A stretch of DNA of 64,000 bases from Octopus vulgaris (Eukaryota). The stretch spans positions 11,718,001-11,782,000 of the forward strand of contig OX597823.1 in the NCBI GenBank assembly GCA_951406725.2, in the 5' to 3' direction. Positions 24,164-36,145 of the stretch are shown here, piece after piece. The notes under the pieces were generated by a model, which did no database searches, was not told where the DNA came from, and saw only the letters and a program-made list of their open reading frames with translations. Position 1 is the first letter of the stretch. Each line of letters starts with the position of its first letter. Made by a program: the position numbers and the translations under genes.

Positions 24164-25537
24164 GTATTTGAATATTGTCATCACTGGATTTGTGAGTCTG
24201 CCAGGGTTGCAAGTATTAGTAACTATTTGGTATTAGTGGAAATGTAATTGACTTCACCCTCTCTCTCAGATTTATGACCATTTACCTGTGTTTCGTGTAA
24301 AAAAACAGAAAAATTATTATCAAAACACTGCTGCTCTCAACTTCATCTGTCATCCTTCAATGGTCATTAGAATTATATAGCAGTTCACTATTAGGAAACA
24401 GATCAATCAAAAAATTTTGTGTTGTGTGTGTGTGTGTGTGTGTATCATCCATATATATATATATATATCTTATATTAAACTTTTTAATACTTTTTGATAT
24501 TTATATATATTTAATAAAAAAAGAATTATAAATATAAATTAATAATTTTAATTTTAAATTTAAATAATTTAAATTTTATATTTTATATATTATATTAATT
24601 ATTTTTATTTTTATGTTTTCGTTTATGTTTTTTTACTGTTTGATTTGCCTAATAGTGGTTTTATCTCTAATTTAATTTTCATATATATATATACATCTCA
24701 TTGAGTTGGGAGTGCTTATATATTGCGAGTACTAGATGACCTCACTAGTGCCAGTGCCACTTAATAAACATGTAGTACACTGTTAAGTGGTTGCCATTAG
24801 GAAGGGCATCAAGCTGTAGAAATTGTGCTAAACCAAACATAGAACTTGGTAGAGTCCTTTGGCTTGTCGTTCTTGTCAAACTGTCCAACCCATGCCAGCA
24901 TGGAAAAAAGGACATTAAATGATGATGATGACAACATGTCATCTTCATCGATTTCTTTCTATGCTGCTAGTTTTGGCATAGTTTCTACAAGTGGATGCCT
25001 TTCCTAAAACCAACCCCTTTGCAGTGTGTACTAGGTGCTTTTTATTGTGGCACCAACGCATGTGTGTGCATACACATACTCATATACACACACATATATA
25101 TTTATATACATATATTGTTGTCATCTTCTATTGCCAAAGTGATGGTCTTAACTTTTTGTATATCTTAAATACATGATACAGTAGTCTTCCATTTTCTTTT
25201 TTATTAATATAGTTTAGTATAATTTGAGGGGAATTTGTCTGCCATTTCTAGCAGGTTGGGCAACCATGTATGGGATTCTTCATTGGTTAGAAGGCAGCTG
25301 TTGTTATTGTAGTTATTTTCTATAGTATCAGCTATTCCCACTTTTAAATGCCCTTCTTTTATCATATGGTATAGTTCGAGAGGATTTTTGCTTCTATTTC
25401 TTTTAGGTCCAGTGACCACTAGAGGCTTTCTTATTGTGTTAATTTTTAGTTAGTTAGTTTTAAAATTATGTAGGTTTCTCTTTTTCGTTTAACCGTATTT
25501 CAATTAAATGTCTCTTTCTGTTCTTCCATAATTACAG

Positions 25538-25650
25538 GCGGAAATCTAATCGCAAAGAAAAAGTTGATGAGCAAACAAAACCTCCCGTTGAAGTGTGTCC
25601 TCATCCAAGTGATCCTGTTGAAATGAGAAGACAACATTATCAAACCCCCG
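25538..25650 (+). CDS. Lar: Lar exon 11: juxtamembrane segment (not in ORF track)
   Basis: acag|GCGG...CCCG|gtatgt, 113 nt, phase 2-1; RKSNRKEK...HPSDPVEMRRQHYQTP, a LAR-family signature. Confidence 0.95.
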
Positions 25651-25751
25651 GTATGTACTTCCCAACGTCAGGTTATCTGTCTGTTTAAATATTCTGTTCA
25701 AACAACATACTTTTCCCTGTCTTGACCTATGCACATATATATATATATTTA

Positions 25752-26064
25752 TATCACCGTGATCACCGTGTCCGACCAGGCTATCAGATGTTGCAACACA
25801 TCGCTGGTCACAATGCGCTTCGCATTGTTTTAGCCTTCAAATGACGCCACCCCACTGGCTAAGCGAGCAGGCCAACAGAAGAAAGAGTGAGAGAAAGTTG
25901 TGGTGAAAGAGTACAGCGGGGATCGCCACCACCCACTGCCGGAGCCTCGTGGAGCTTTAGGTGTTTTCGCTCAATAAACACTCACAATGCCCGGTCTGGG
26001 AATCGAAATCGCGATCCTACGACCGCGAGTCCGCTGCCCTAACCACAGGGCCATTGCGCCTCCA
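25752..26064 (-). mobile_element. SINE family D, reverse copy
   Basis: Reverse complement of 4857-5140, also flanked by TA repeats. Confidence 0.85.
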
Positions 26065-26239
26065 CATATATTTATATATATATATATATATTAGCAATGG
26101 TAATAAGTACATAATAGTAACCTGTATATTTTACTGAATATGGATAGACAGTGAGAACATCATAATACTATGATATTCATCCGTACAAGAAGCTTCTGCA
26201 GTATTATAGCATTTTTACGGTATATAAACATTGAGTAGG

Positions 26240-26272
<33 letters not shown>

Positions 26273-26320
26273 TGTGTATACACATACACAAACGTGTGTA
26301 TTTATAGATATATATATATA

Positions 26321-27710
26321 TTAGGTCATCCCGTAAATAATATGGTTTTTTCAGTTGTATGAAATAAAAGTCAGATGGGGACAGAATAAACTACCTGCAT
26401 CAACTTGCTATAAAAGCAGGTTGTGATTTTCCCCTTATACTTATTCTTAGTGTATGTTTTGAAGAGTGCAGTTCAATTTTAAGTTTTTTTTTTTCAAAGC
26501 TATAATGGAAGTGGCAAAGGAGCATATTCAGTATATTTTACTTTATGAGTTCAAAATTGGACAATAACCTTAAGACAGTGTCAATGGTGGTTCCAGAAAT
26601 TCTGAGCTAGAAACTACAGCCTAGAAGACAGCCTTGTTGTGGAAGATCTCTAGAGTTTCACAAGAGCGTCCTGCAAACCCTGGTGGAACAAAACTCCAAT
26701 GTAACTGTTGAAGAACTAGCAGAGAAGCTTGGATTTGGTCATTCAACCATTCAATAACACCTGCATGCCATCGAAAATTCAGCAAATTGAGTCAGTGGGT
26801 TCCTCACAAACTTTCTGAGTCTGATCACACACAGAGAGTGAATATGTGCTCTTCTTTATGGTCACATCTCACAAATGAACCTTTTTTGGACCGAATAGTG
26901 ACTAGTGATGAGAAATGGGTTCTCTATAAAAATGTCAAGCACCGAAGACAGTGGGTAGGAAAAGGAGAAACACCAGCACCCCAAGCTAAAGAAGGTCTTC
27001 ACCCACCTAAGGTGTTGTTATCTGTTTGGTGAGATATGAAAGGCTTAGTCCACTTTGAACTTTTAAACCCAAACTAAACGATAACAAAGGAGATCGACTG
27101 TAAGCAGCTTCAGCGGCTTAAGTTAACACTAGAAAAAAAAAACCAATCATCTTTGGTTTCAAGACGAAAGGTATTCTTCCATCAGGATAATGCTCAGCCA
27201 CATACAACAGGGATGACATTCCAAAGGCTTGAGCAGTTTGAATGGGAAACGATGCCCCTCCCACCATATTTGCCAGACATTGCCCCATCTGATTATCATT
27301 TATTCCACAGTGTTTACTACACTCTCGGAGTGGTTGGCATTAGGAAGGGCATCCAGCTGTAGAAACTCTGCCAGATCAAGATTGGAGCCTGGTGTGGCCA
27401 TCTGGCTCACCAGCCCTCAGTCAAAATCGTCCAACTCATGCTAGCATGGAAAGCAGACGTTAAACGATGATGATGATGATGATATTCAAAATCATTTGGA
27501 CAGAAAATACATGAATTCTGTAGACGAGGTCAGAAAGGTACTGGAGGAGTATTTTTCACCACGGACAAGTGAATTTTGGAAGAGGGGCCTTGCCAGTCTA
27601 CCAGAGCATTGTAGAAAATGAAGGAGATTATATTTAGATTAAGAAAGAACTTTATCTTAATTTTGAAAAATAAAAGAAGTGTAAAAAACCGCATTTATGG
27701 GAAGACCCAA
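26321..27710 (+). mobile_element. Decayed mariner (DD34D) transposon with nested RTE fragment (27310-27483)
   Basis: TA-flanked TIRs TTAGGTCATCCCGTAAAT / ATTTATGGGAAGACCCAA; motifs WVPHKL, IVTSDEKW, HQDNAQPH, YLPDIAPSDYHLF. Confidence 0.92.
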
Positions 27711-27715
27711 TATAT

Positions 27716-28150
27716 AGGTTGATCCTCAGCCCCCTTTTGTTCATCATAGTCCTCCAGGCAATAACAGAGGAATTTAAGACAGGCTGCCCCTGGGAGCTCC
27801 TCTTTGCTGATGACCTTGTTCTTATAGCTGAATTACTACCAGAACTAGAGACATTGCAGGTATGGAAGCAAAGTCTAGAATTGAAGGACCTTAGAATCAA
27901 CCTAGCAAAAATCAAAGTCTTAGTAAGTAGGAAGGCAGACAAATCACAAATCCCTTTAGCTAGATGGCCCTGGTTGATCTGTAGAAAAAGGATAGGTAGA
28001 AACTCCATAAGATGCACCTAGTGTAAGCTTTGAACACATAATAGGTGCAGAAATATCAGAGGAAAGTTAAGAGGGAAAATAGCTTTTGTGTGTGGAAGAT
28101 GCACAGGTACAATAAATAGTGGAAATGTACAGCTAATAGACTCCATAAAA
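27716..28150 (+). mobile_element. LINE reverse-transcriptase fragment, RTE-like
   Basis: LSPLLFIIVLQAITEEFKTGCPWELLFADDLVLIAE...RINLAKIKV, then a decayed Cys-rich segment (ICRKRIGRNSIRC). Confidence 0.85.
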
Positions 28151-28528
28151 AAGTATATCCTCAATATAGTGGGGATATACTTTTTTTATATATACAAACC
28201 TGTGTATATCCTCAATATATTGTGAATATACACACATACACATGCTTTTTACTATCTTTAATAATCACCAGGAAGTTGCAAAAGTGATTCAAGAGTAATG
28301 TGCAACATTCCTGGCTCTAGATTCTCTTTTTGTAACTTCACAAATAAGACAATAATTTATTTTCGAATGCAGAGATGCTGTTCGAACAGCCGAAACATTT
28401 GGTAAATTATCCTTACAAAGCAAGAGAAATTTGTCAAGAAACAGCTATTCTTACATCACATTTGTAAGCATGTTTATTTTTATTAATTGAAAATATTAAA
28501 GTAATTGATGTTATTTCTATATTTCCAG

Positions 28529-28827
28529 CAATGATTAGTCATCCGCCCATTCCTGTCCATATGCTAGCAGAACACATTGAGAATTTGAAAGCAAGTGACA
28601 ATCTACGCTTCTCTCAAGAATATGAATCGATTGAACCAGGTCAACAGTTTACTTGGGACAATTCTAATCTTGAAGTGAATAAGCCTAAGAATAGATACGC
28701 TAATGTCATAGCTTATGACCATTCCAGAGTCATTCTTCAACCAATAGAAGGACTACCTGGAAGTGACTACATTAATGCCAACTATATGGATGGTTATAGA
28801 AAGCAGAATGCTTACATTGCCACACAG
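28529..28827 (+). CDS. Lar: Lar exon 12: wedge and start of D1 PTP domain
   Basis: ccag|CAATG...ACAG|gtaaat, 299 nt; HPPIP...[16 protein letters not shown]...[15 protein letters not shown]...DYINAN...YIATQ. Confidence 0.97.
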
Positions 28828-29327
28828 GTAAATATAATTTCTTTTCACCTGTCTTCACTCTTTTGTCACCGTATTTCTGTTGACATTAATTGCTTTTATT
28901 TCATTTGAATTTGAAAATGATTTAGAATTCAGCTATCGTTAAGTTGGTGTTTGGAACAAATTTACATAAAATTTTTATGGAAGGTATTAATTTTGAAACA
29001 TAGAACTAGGGTGGTCTCATGCTGGTTGGTATCAAAAGGGTTTCAAAATTCCTTTTTTTGTAAATGGCTTACTACTTGGCAGAGTAAATCTGTCACCCAG
29101 TTTAACACCACCAACTGGTACTTTTAGTAAAGCTCCCTTTGTTACTAACATTTAAAGCAGGTCTCTGGTATGAGAATAACCAAAGAGAGTGATTCCTTCC
29201 TTCCTTCCTTTCTCCATCCCATTAGTCTCAGAGCCCCTGAATAAGATCAATCATGAGTACTGCCTTTTTTTCTCTTGGTTAAGTCTGAAACACTGTAAGA
29301 AAGCTGGTTTGTTTTTTAAATGTTTAA

Positions 29328-29547
29328 CCCCTTAGTGTTCAGATTACTCTGTTAAATGTAATACTTTTTCACTCAAATTGTTTTGAATTAATCATGCATT
29401 ATGTTAAATCTTTGAGGTTTCAATGATGTGATTGTCTATTTTTAGAATGTCAATGTAGGTTAGGTGTAAGAGGCTGGATATGGCCAGTTTGAATATAAAA
29501 CATGTAGAATATCTGGGCCAGATATGGCCGGTTTAAACATTAAGGGG
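29328..29547 (+). mobile_element. piggyBac-like MITE family 2
   Basis: TTAA|CCCCTTAGTGTT...AACATTAAGGGG|TTAA; second copy at 35605-35816. Confidence 0.82.
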
Positions 29548-29800
29548 TTAAAGTAATGATGGAGTTGGAATTTGTGTTTCACTTAAGCTGTGATCTGTTT
29601 ATTTATTTATTTATTTGATAAGATAAATCTAAATCATTTTATCATATATATTAATCTGTTAAGATGATGGGCTAAACTTTGAAGAAGATTTAGTTGCTGA
29701 GTGATACATGTCTAAGGACATTTATAATTGTATATTTTTTTGCATGATTTTTTTCGAAGCAAGAAATAGTTTACTTATGTAATTTATTCATCTGTTTTAG

Positions 29801-29899
29801 GGTCCACTTCCTGAAACATTTGGGGACTTCTGGCGCATGGTTTGGGAACAGAGAAGTTCCACTATTGTCATGATGACGAAATTAGAAGAGCGGTCAAGG
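29801..29899 (+). CDS. Lar: Lar exon 13: D1
   Basis: ttag|GGTCCA...AAGG|gtaaga, 99 nt; [33 protein letters not shown]. Confidence 0.97.
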
Positions 29900-30006
29900 G
29901 TAAGATTTAAACCAAACTGTTTTTTTTATATTACTTTGAAACAGTTTTGTTTGTTAATACTCTAGTTATCATCTCATTGACTATCTTCTTTTGTTGGATT
30001 TTACAG

Positions 30007-30126
30007 ATTAAATGTGACCAATATTGGCCCTCCCGAGGTCCAGAAACATATGGTCTAATGCAGGTTACTTTGCAAGATGTGACAGAACTGGCAACTTATA
30101 CAATAAGAACATTCTATGTAGCTAAG
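30007..30126 (+). CDS. Lar: Lar exon 14: D1
   Basis: acag|ATTAAA...TAAG|gtatac, 120 nt; [16 protein letters not shown]...[10 protein letters not shown]. Confidence 0.97.
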
Positions 30127-30226
30127 GTATACTTCTTTCTTTCTAAATTTTATTCTGTCCATAGAGAAAATTTGCTTTTTAACTGACTTAATTTAATACT
30201 ATTTTCATTGACATTTTCATCCACAG

Positions 30227-30381
30227 TATGGTTGTGCAGAAAAGAGAGAAGTTCGGCAGTTTCAATTTACTGCCTGGCCCGACCATGGTGTACCAGATCA
30301 TCCTACACCCCTGTTGATGTTTATGCGTAGAGTAAAGGCCAGCAATCCGCTGGACGCTGGCCCAATGATAGCACATTGCAG
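30227..30381 (+). CDS. Lar: Lar exon 15: D1 WPD loop and catalytic HC
   Basis: acag|TATGGT...GCAG|gtatgg, 155 nt; [19 protein letters not shown]...AGPMIAHC(S). Confidence 0.97.
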
Positions 30382-31008
30382 GTATGGAATTAATTAATTA
30401 TATAAATTATAAATACATCATTACTAGTAATAAATTATGTTAATTCAAGTCTGTAGTGTTTCACAAAACAAACTATTATGCCTTAACAAATTTTGATTTC
30501 ATTTAGTGGATCATTTTTATAAAGAGTTTGCAAATTACTATTCTTACTCAAACAACTTATGAAATAAGAATTGTGGTGCATGGAAATCTCTAGAATTGTA
30601 ATACTTGTTAAGTAAAATAATTACTCTATAATCTATAGTAATTAATTTTTTTCTAGTTCTGTTGCCACTGTTTGTGTCTTGTACCATTATTAAGTTAAAG
30701 TCGCTTATGAATACAGAACTGTAAAGAATATAAAAACAAGAAACTGGGAGTATGCTCTGGATTGGAGAAACTTTAGTTGAATCCTGAGAGTATCAATTCT
30801 AATTTCCTGAAAGTTTCAGTTCTAAGTGTTGTCTTATTGATCATCACTTTTACAAGATTCAAGGAATAACTTATATCCAACTTTCAAATTCATTGTAATA
30901 AACCTGACTCTTGTTACTTAGTTGGTGTCTACTTGATATCTTAATGAAATTCCTTGCATATTTATATTGCCTGAAAGCTTTGCAACATTGGCACTACTGT
31001 GTGTGTTT

Positions 31009-31102
31009 GATCATAATAAAGGAAGCTGTTTTGCAATTTTGCAAAGATTCGATCATAATAAAGGAAGCTGTTTTGCAATTTTGCAAAGATTCGATCATAA
31101 TA
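31009..31102. repeat. Perfect 42 bp tandem duplication (2.2 units)
   Basis: GATCATAATAAAGGAAGCTGTTTTGCAATTTTGCAAAGATTC x2 plus GATCATAATA. Confidence 0.95.
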
Positions 31103-31280
31103 ATTGCATTTTTTTATTACTAAAGATGTTAAATCATTCATAAGCTTTGTAGTGACACAGTGAACCACCAGGTTCATACATGTACTTTGATACACTGAGT
31201 ACATTTCTGTGGAGAAATTTTGAGGAGCAACTGGGTGAAATTCAGTAATAGTCTTGAGTACTCTATTTGATATTTGTATA

Positions 31281-31432
31281 TCATCATCATCATCATTGTT
31301 TAACGTCCGCTTTCCATGCTAGCATGGGTTGGACGGTTCAACTGGGGTCTGGCGAGCCCGAAGGCTGCACCAGGCCAGTCAGATCTGGCAGTGTTTCTAC
31401 AGCTGGATGCCCTTCCTAATGCCAACCACTCC
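31281..31432 (-). mobile_element. RTE-LINE 3' UTR fragment (family C)
   Basis: Family motifs; ends ~75 nt before exon 16. Confidence 0.8.
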
Positions 31433-31507
31433 ATATATTTTCAAAGAAATAAGAACTTTTCTTGATATTTTGCTCATTCTTACCTTTTTTTTTCATTTTC
31501 TTTTTAG

Positions 31508-31793
31508 TGCTGGTGTGGGGAGAACTGGTGCTTTTATTGTGATTGACTCAATGCTTGAGCGTATTAAGCATGAGAAGACTGTGGACATTTACGGGCATGT
31601 GACTTGCTTGCGAGCTCAGCGCAACTACATGGTACAAACCGAGGACCAATATATATTCATTCATGATGCTTTACTTGAAGCTGTTACTTGTGGAAATACA
31701 GAAGTTCCTGCTCGCAATCTGGGTGCTCATATACAAAAGTTATCCCAACCAGATCCAGGAGAAACAGTAACAGGAATGGAATTAGAATTCAAG
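31508..31793 (+). CDS. Lar: Lar exon 16: D1 P-loop, Q-loop and D1-D2 linker
   Basis: ttag|TGCT...CAAG|gtatgt, 286 nt; [10 protein letters not shown]...[12 protein letters not shown]...[10 protein letters not shown]...GMELEFK. Confidence 0.97.
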
Positions 31794-32341
31794 GTATGTG
31801 ATCAATTTCACCTTTGGTTTTTGCCATTATCATTAGCATCTCCATTTAATGTCCACTTTTCCATGCTTGCATGGGTCAGATGGAATTTGTTGAGACAGAT
31901 TTTTTTCTATGGCCAGATACCAGTCTTGTCACCAAACATCACATATTTCCAAGCTGGTAATATTTCCCATAGCCTGGCCTGTTTTATCCCTGATGACTGG
32001 AAACAAACAACACCACTAATATGTCGGTGATACTTATTTACAACTGTCAGGAAAAGGGTACACTTAAACCCACACACACAAATATTTATAACAGGCTGCT
32101 TTCAGTTTTTATCTATCAAATCTACTCATAAGATTTTAGTCAACCTGCTATAGTAGAAAATACTTGCCGAAGGTGCCTCACAATGGAACTGAACTACACC
32201 ATGTGATTGGGAGGCAAGCTTTGCATTAAATATTAGATCAGAATCAAATCCAGATTTGTTAAATTAAAAATGATAATTACCATATTTACAGTTATTTGAT
32301 TATAACTATGTTTAAGAGGAAAGTTAAAACAGTATTTTTAA

Positions 32342-32561
32342 CCCTTTCGTTACTGTATTCATTTTGAGGTGCTCTGCATTTCTTTCAATTACTTTAAATA
32401 TAACAAAGAATTTTATAAAATAACTTAGTTATCATTCAGTTAGTGTTAGGAACATAAATTGTGACTAAGGTTTGGTGGAAGATTTTAATTCAAAACTTAT
32501 GAAAACAAGACATTTGTACTCAGAGCCGGAGCCAGTTTCAGCTGGGTTGGTAGTGAAAGGG
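32342..32561 (-). mobile_element. piggyBac-like MITE family 1, inverted copy
   Basis: TTAA|CCCTTTC...GAAAGGG|TTAA; body is the reverse complement of 16996-17215. Confidence 0.85.
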
Positions 32562-32684
32562 TTAATGGTTTATATTGACCAATCTGATTTTTAAATTATT
32601 AACTACATCTTGGTTTATATCTTTATCCTACATATCTTTAATAATCTTCTACAAGATTATACGTATATGGAAATTGCAGATGTG

Positions 32685-33020
32685 TTACCAGTGCCGGTGG
32701 CATGTAAGAGAACTTTCCGTTTCGCGACCGTTGCCAGCACAGCCCCGTTTCGTGTCCGTTGCCAGCCTCGCCTGGCCCTCATGCCGGTGGCACATAAAAA
32801 GCACCATCCGTTCGTGGCCGTTTGCCAGCTCTGTCTGGCACCAGTGCGGGTGGCACGTAAAAAGCACCCACTACACTCACGGAGTGGTTGGCGTTAGGAA
32901 GGGCATCCAGCCGTAGAAACACTGCCAGATTTGACTGGGCCTGATGAAGCCTTCTGGCTTCACAGACCCCAGTAGAACCGTCCAACCCATGCTAGCATGG
33001 AAAACGGACGCTAAACGATG
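32685..33020 (+). mobile_element. RTE-LINE 3' UTR fragment (family C)
   Basis: Family motifs in (GAT)n-tail orientation. Confidence 0.8.
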
Positions 33021-33451
33021 ATATCTATATATATGTATATATATATATAGCATGATATTTTGATATTACTGAGGTTTTCTATCACACTTTGAGAACAATG
33101 GCATCATTAGTTATGTGGTTCTAACAAGCCAAACGCTGGTTCACTGTGTTTATGAGAGCAAGAATGCTAGTTGATTTCACAAAGTGTAGGAAACATAATA
33201 TATTGGGTAGAGTAAATGTGTATATTAGTTTAGGCCATTTTTATCTAGTTGCTCAGTTTTATGCCTAGAGGTAAATTTCAGTGAAAGTGATTTGTATTGA
33301 AAGCTCCATGATGGTTAGATGATACAGTAGTAATGGGCTATACCATCACACCTGTCTGTAGCTCCCACCACCAACTACCTTCATCTAAGGGTATGCTGCA
33401 GGTGTGAAATTGAGTAACTAAATATAAACATTATTAAGCAGGTGTGTGTTA

Positions 33452-33453
<2 letters not shown>

Positions 33454-33510
<57 letters not shown>

Positions 33511-33798
33511 TGTATGTATGTGTATGTGTGTGTGTGTATATGTGTGTATATGTGTGTATATATGTGTGTGTGTGTATATATGTGTATGTATATGTATATA
33601 TATGTGTGTGTATGTGTATATATATATATACATGTGTGTGTGTATGTGTATATATGTATACATGTGTGTGTATATGTATATATATATATATGTGTGTATG
33701 TGTATATATGTATACATTTGTGTGTGTGTATATATATATATATATGTATGTATGTGTGTGTGTGTATATATATATATAGAGAGAGAGAGAAAGAGAGA
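33454..33798. repeat. Compound (TA)n/(TATG)n/(TG)n/(AG)n microsatellite
   Basis: Direct inspection. Confidence 0.95.
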
Positions 33799-33908
33799 GC
33801 ATTATATACATAAAAAAATATTACTCTATATTGATCAGGTGGCTATTGACTGTTTATAGTTTTAAATGGTAACCACTTTTATCCATTTTCTTTTCTTTTT
33901 TATTCCAG

Positions 33909-34002
33909 AGATTAGCAAATGTGAAAGCTAATCCTAATAGATTTGTCAGTGCCAATCTTCCTGTGAACAAATTTAAAAACCGACTGGTGAACATATTACC
34001 AT
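33909..34002 (+). CDS. Lar: Lar exon 17: start of D2
   Basis: ccag|AGATTA...CCAT|gtaagt, 94 nt; [31 protein letters not shown] (KNRL in place of KNRY, typical of LAR D2). Confidence 0.96.
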
Positions 34003-34570
34003 GTAAGTATTCATTCAATCCTGCCTCACCTTGAGTGAAAGATATATGTAACATAGACAGAGAGACATAAGACTGATCAAATCTCATTTGGGTATACCTG
34101 TACTACCTTCTGTGGCAGTATACCTTGAACAACATTATCCAGTGTGACCAATGATAAACTGCTAATGTGTGCTCCAGATCAGCCCTAATATAGCAGACAT
34201 CCCTTTGAATCTTTGATCAGAAGTCATTCCTACTGTGGTCACACCATTGTATGAATTACTCTACTTTGGATAATATTGTCAAAAGTATTCCTTTATATAT
34301 TGTTAGGGTGTAATTCAAAATAAAATTGGGTTGCTATTTTTAGCAGTTGAGCCTTCTTCATAGAGGTTCCCTCATTTATGATGTATAATTGTATTGCTAT
34401 TTGAATGTTTTAAAATACTCGTAACTTCTTAACTTATTACTAAATTAGAAATGGTCTACACTAGTGAAGTACTATCATGGTGTGAAGATATCAATTTAAT
34501 GTAATTGTCAGTACTTGCCTCTCATGTACCCCAGTTAACCTTTAATTCTTCACCGTTATTTTTTTAACAG

Positions 34571-34647
34571 ATGAATCAACAAGAGTGTGCTTACAGCCTA
34601 TCCGAGGAGTAGATGGCTCTGACTATATCAATGCCAGCTTCATTGAT
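34571..34647 (+). CDS. Lar: Lar exon 18: D2
   Basis: acag|ATGAA...TGAT|gtaagg, 77 nt; (Y)[25 protein letters not shown]. Confidence 0.96.
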
Positions 34648-34780
34648 GTAAGGATGTTCAATATTCTCTGTTTTATTTAAATATGCAATAACAATTTTTC
34701 CATTTAACTTGCATAGCTTATTAAAAAGACAACACAACTGCTGTGTATTGATATTTACACATGCTTTTGATTTCCAACAG

Positions 34781-34915
34781 GGTTACCGCTACAAGAAGGC
34801 CTACATAGCCACACAAGGTCCTCTCGTAGAAACTACAGAAGATTTCTGGCGTATGCTGTGGGAGCACAATTCTACTATTATAGTGATGCTTACAAAATTG
34901 AGAGAGATGGGAAGG
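34781..34915 (+). CDS. Lar: Lar exon 19: D2
   Basis: acag|GGTTAC...AAGG|gtatgt, 135 nt; [15 protein letters not shown]...[25 protein letters not shown]. Confidence 0.97.
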
Positions 34916-34999
34916 GTATGTATGTGAAGATTTTTTTCATTTATGCATTTTATTTTCAGTTTTGAGAGTGCCTCCAGAGGTCAAGGACACTGTTCTTTT

Positions 35000-35277
35000 C
35001 ATCATCATCATCGTTTAATGTCCGTTCTCCATGCTAACATGGGTTGGACGGTTCGACCGGGGATCTGGGAAATCAGAAGGCTGCACCAGGCTCCAGTCTG
35101 ATCTGGCAGTGTTTCTACAGCTGGATGTCCTTCCTAACGCCAACCACTTCGTGAGTGTAGTGGGTGCTTTTTATGTGCCACCGGCACAGGTGCCAGGCGA
35201 GGCTGGCAACGGCCATGATCGGGTTGGTGCTTTTTACGTGCCACCGGCATGGAAGCCAGTCAAGGCGGCACTGGCAT
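35000..35277 (-). mobile_element. RTE-LINE 3' UTR fragment (family C)
   Basis: Family motifs. Confidence 0.8.
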
Positions 35278-35604
35278 AACTTAAATGAAACAATTTTCAC
35301 ACACACACACACATGTGTCTAAGCATGGCTGTATAGTTTAAAAAGTTTGCTTGACAACCACATACTTTTTGGTTCAGGTGCACTGCATGATGCAATTATC
35401 ACTTAATTTTAGTTCTGGGCTGACGAATGTCTTCAGAAACTGTACACAGCCTGTCATGTGTTGTGTGTCTGTGTGAATGCTTACAATCTGCACTTTACAT
35501 GAGAAAGCTACGAACAGTCATGTTGGTTGATATTTGCCTGTCAACAAATCATCCGGCAGCTCTGTGCTTTTGGAAATGTGTGGAATAAAATCTCCTTTAC
35601 TTAA

Positions 35605-35816
35605 CCCTTTAGTATTCAGATTATTCTGTCAAATGTAATGCTTATTAATGCATATTGTTTTGAATTAATCATGCAAAGACATCGTAGTATAGAAATTTTG
35701 AGGATGTGATTGCTTATTCTTAGAATGACATTGTAGGATAAGTGTGCAAAGCCAGATCCTGCTGGTTTGAACATAGAACAAGTAGAATATTTGGGGGCGG
35801 TTTAAATGCTAAAGGG
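35605..35816 (+). mobile_element. piggyBac-like MITE family 2
   Basis: TTAA|CCCTTTAGTATT...AATGCTAAAGGG|TTAA; body homologous to 29328-29547. Confidence 0.82.
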
Positions 35817-36019
35817 TTAAAAAAACATATAAGAATGAGTGATAAGATGGGCATCCAGCTGTAAAAACAATGCCTTGTTTAACTATACTAGCTTGGAAAA
35901 ACATGCAAAATAGATGAACAAAAAAATATATTTTTTCACTATTTATAAGTAAGTTGTTTCATTGATGCTATTTTGTTTGTTTGTCTCATCAATTTGTTTT
36001 CTTTTCTTTTTCTAAACAG

Positions 36020-36145
36020 GAGAAATGTCATCAGTACTGGCCTAGTGAGAGATCTGCTCGTTACCAATATTTTGTTGTAGATCCAATGGCAGAATACAAC
36101 ATGCCTCAGTATATCCTTCGAGAATTCAAAGTTACTGATGCTAGG
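36020..36145 (+). CDS. Lar: Lar exon 20: D2
   Basis: acag|GAGAAA...TAGG|gtattt, 126 nt; [42 protein letters not shown]. Confidence 0.97.

Noticed and set aside
24440-24700. Extremely AT-rich tract
   Set aside because: Low-complexity, degenerate (TA)n-like sequence with no definable structure; may be low-quality consensus
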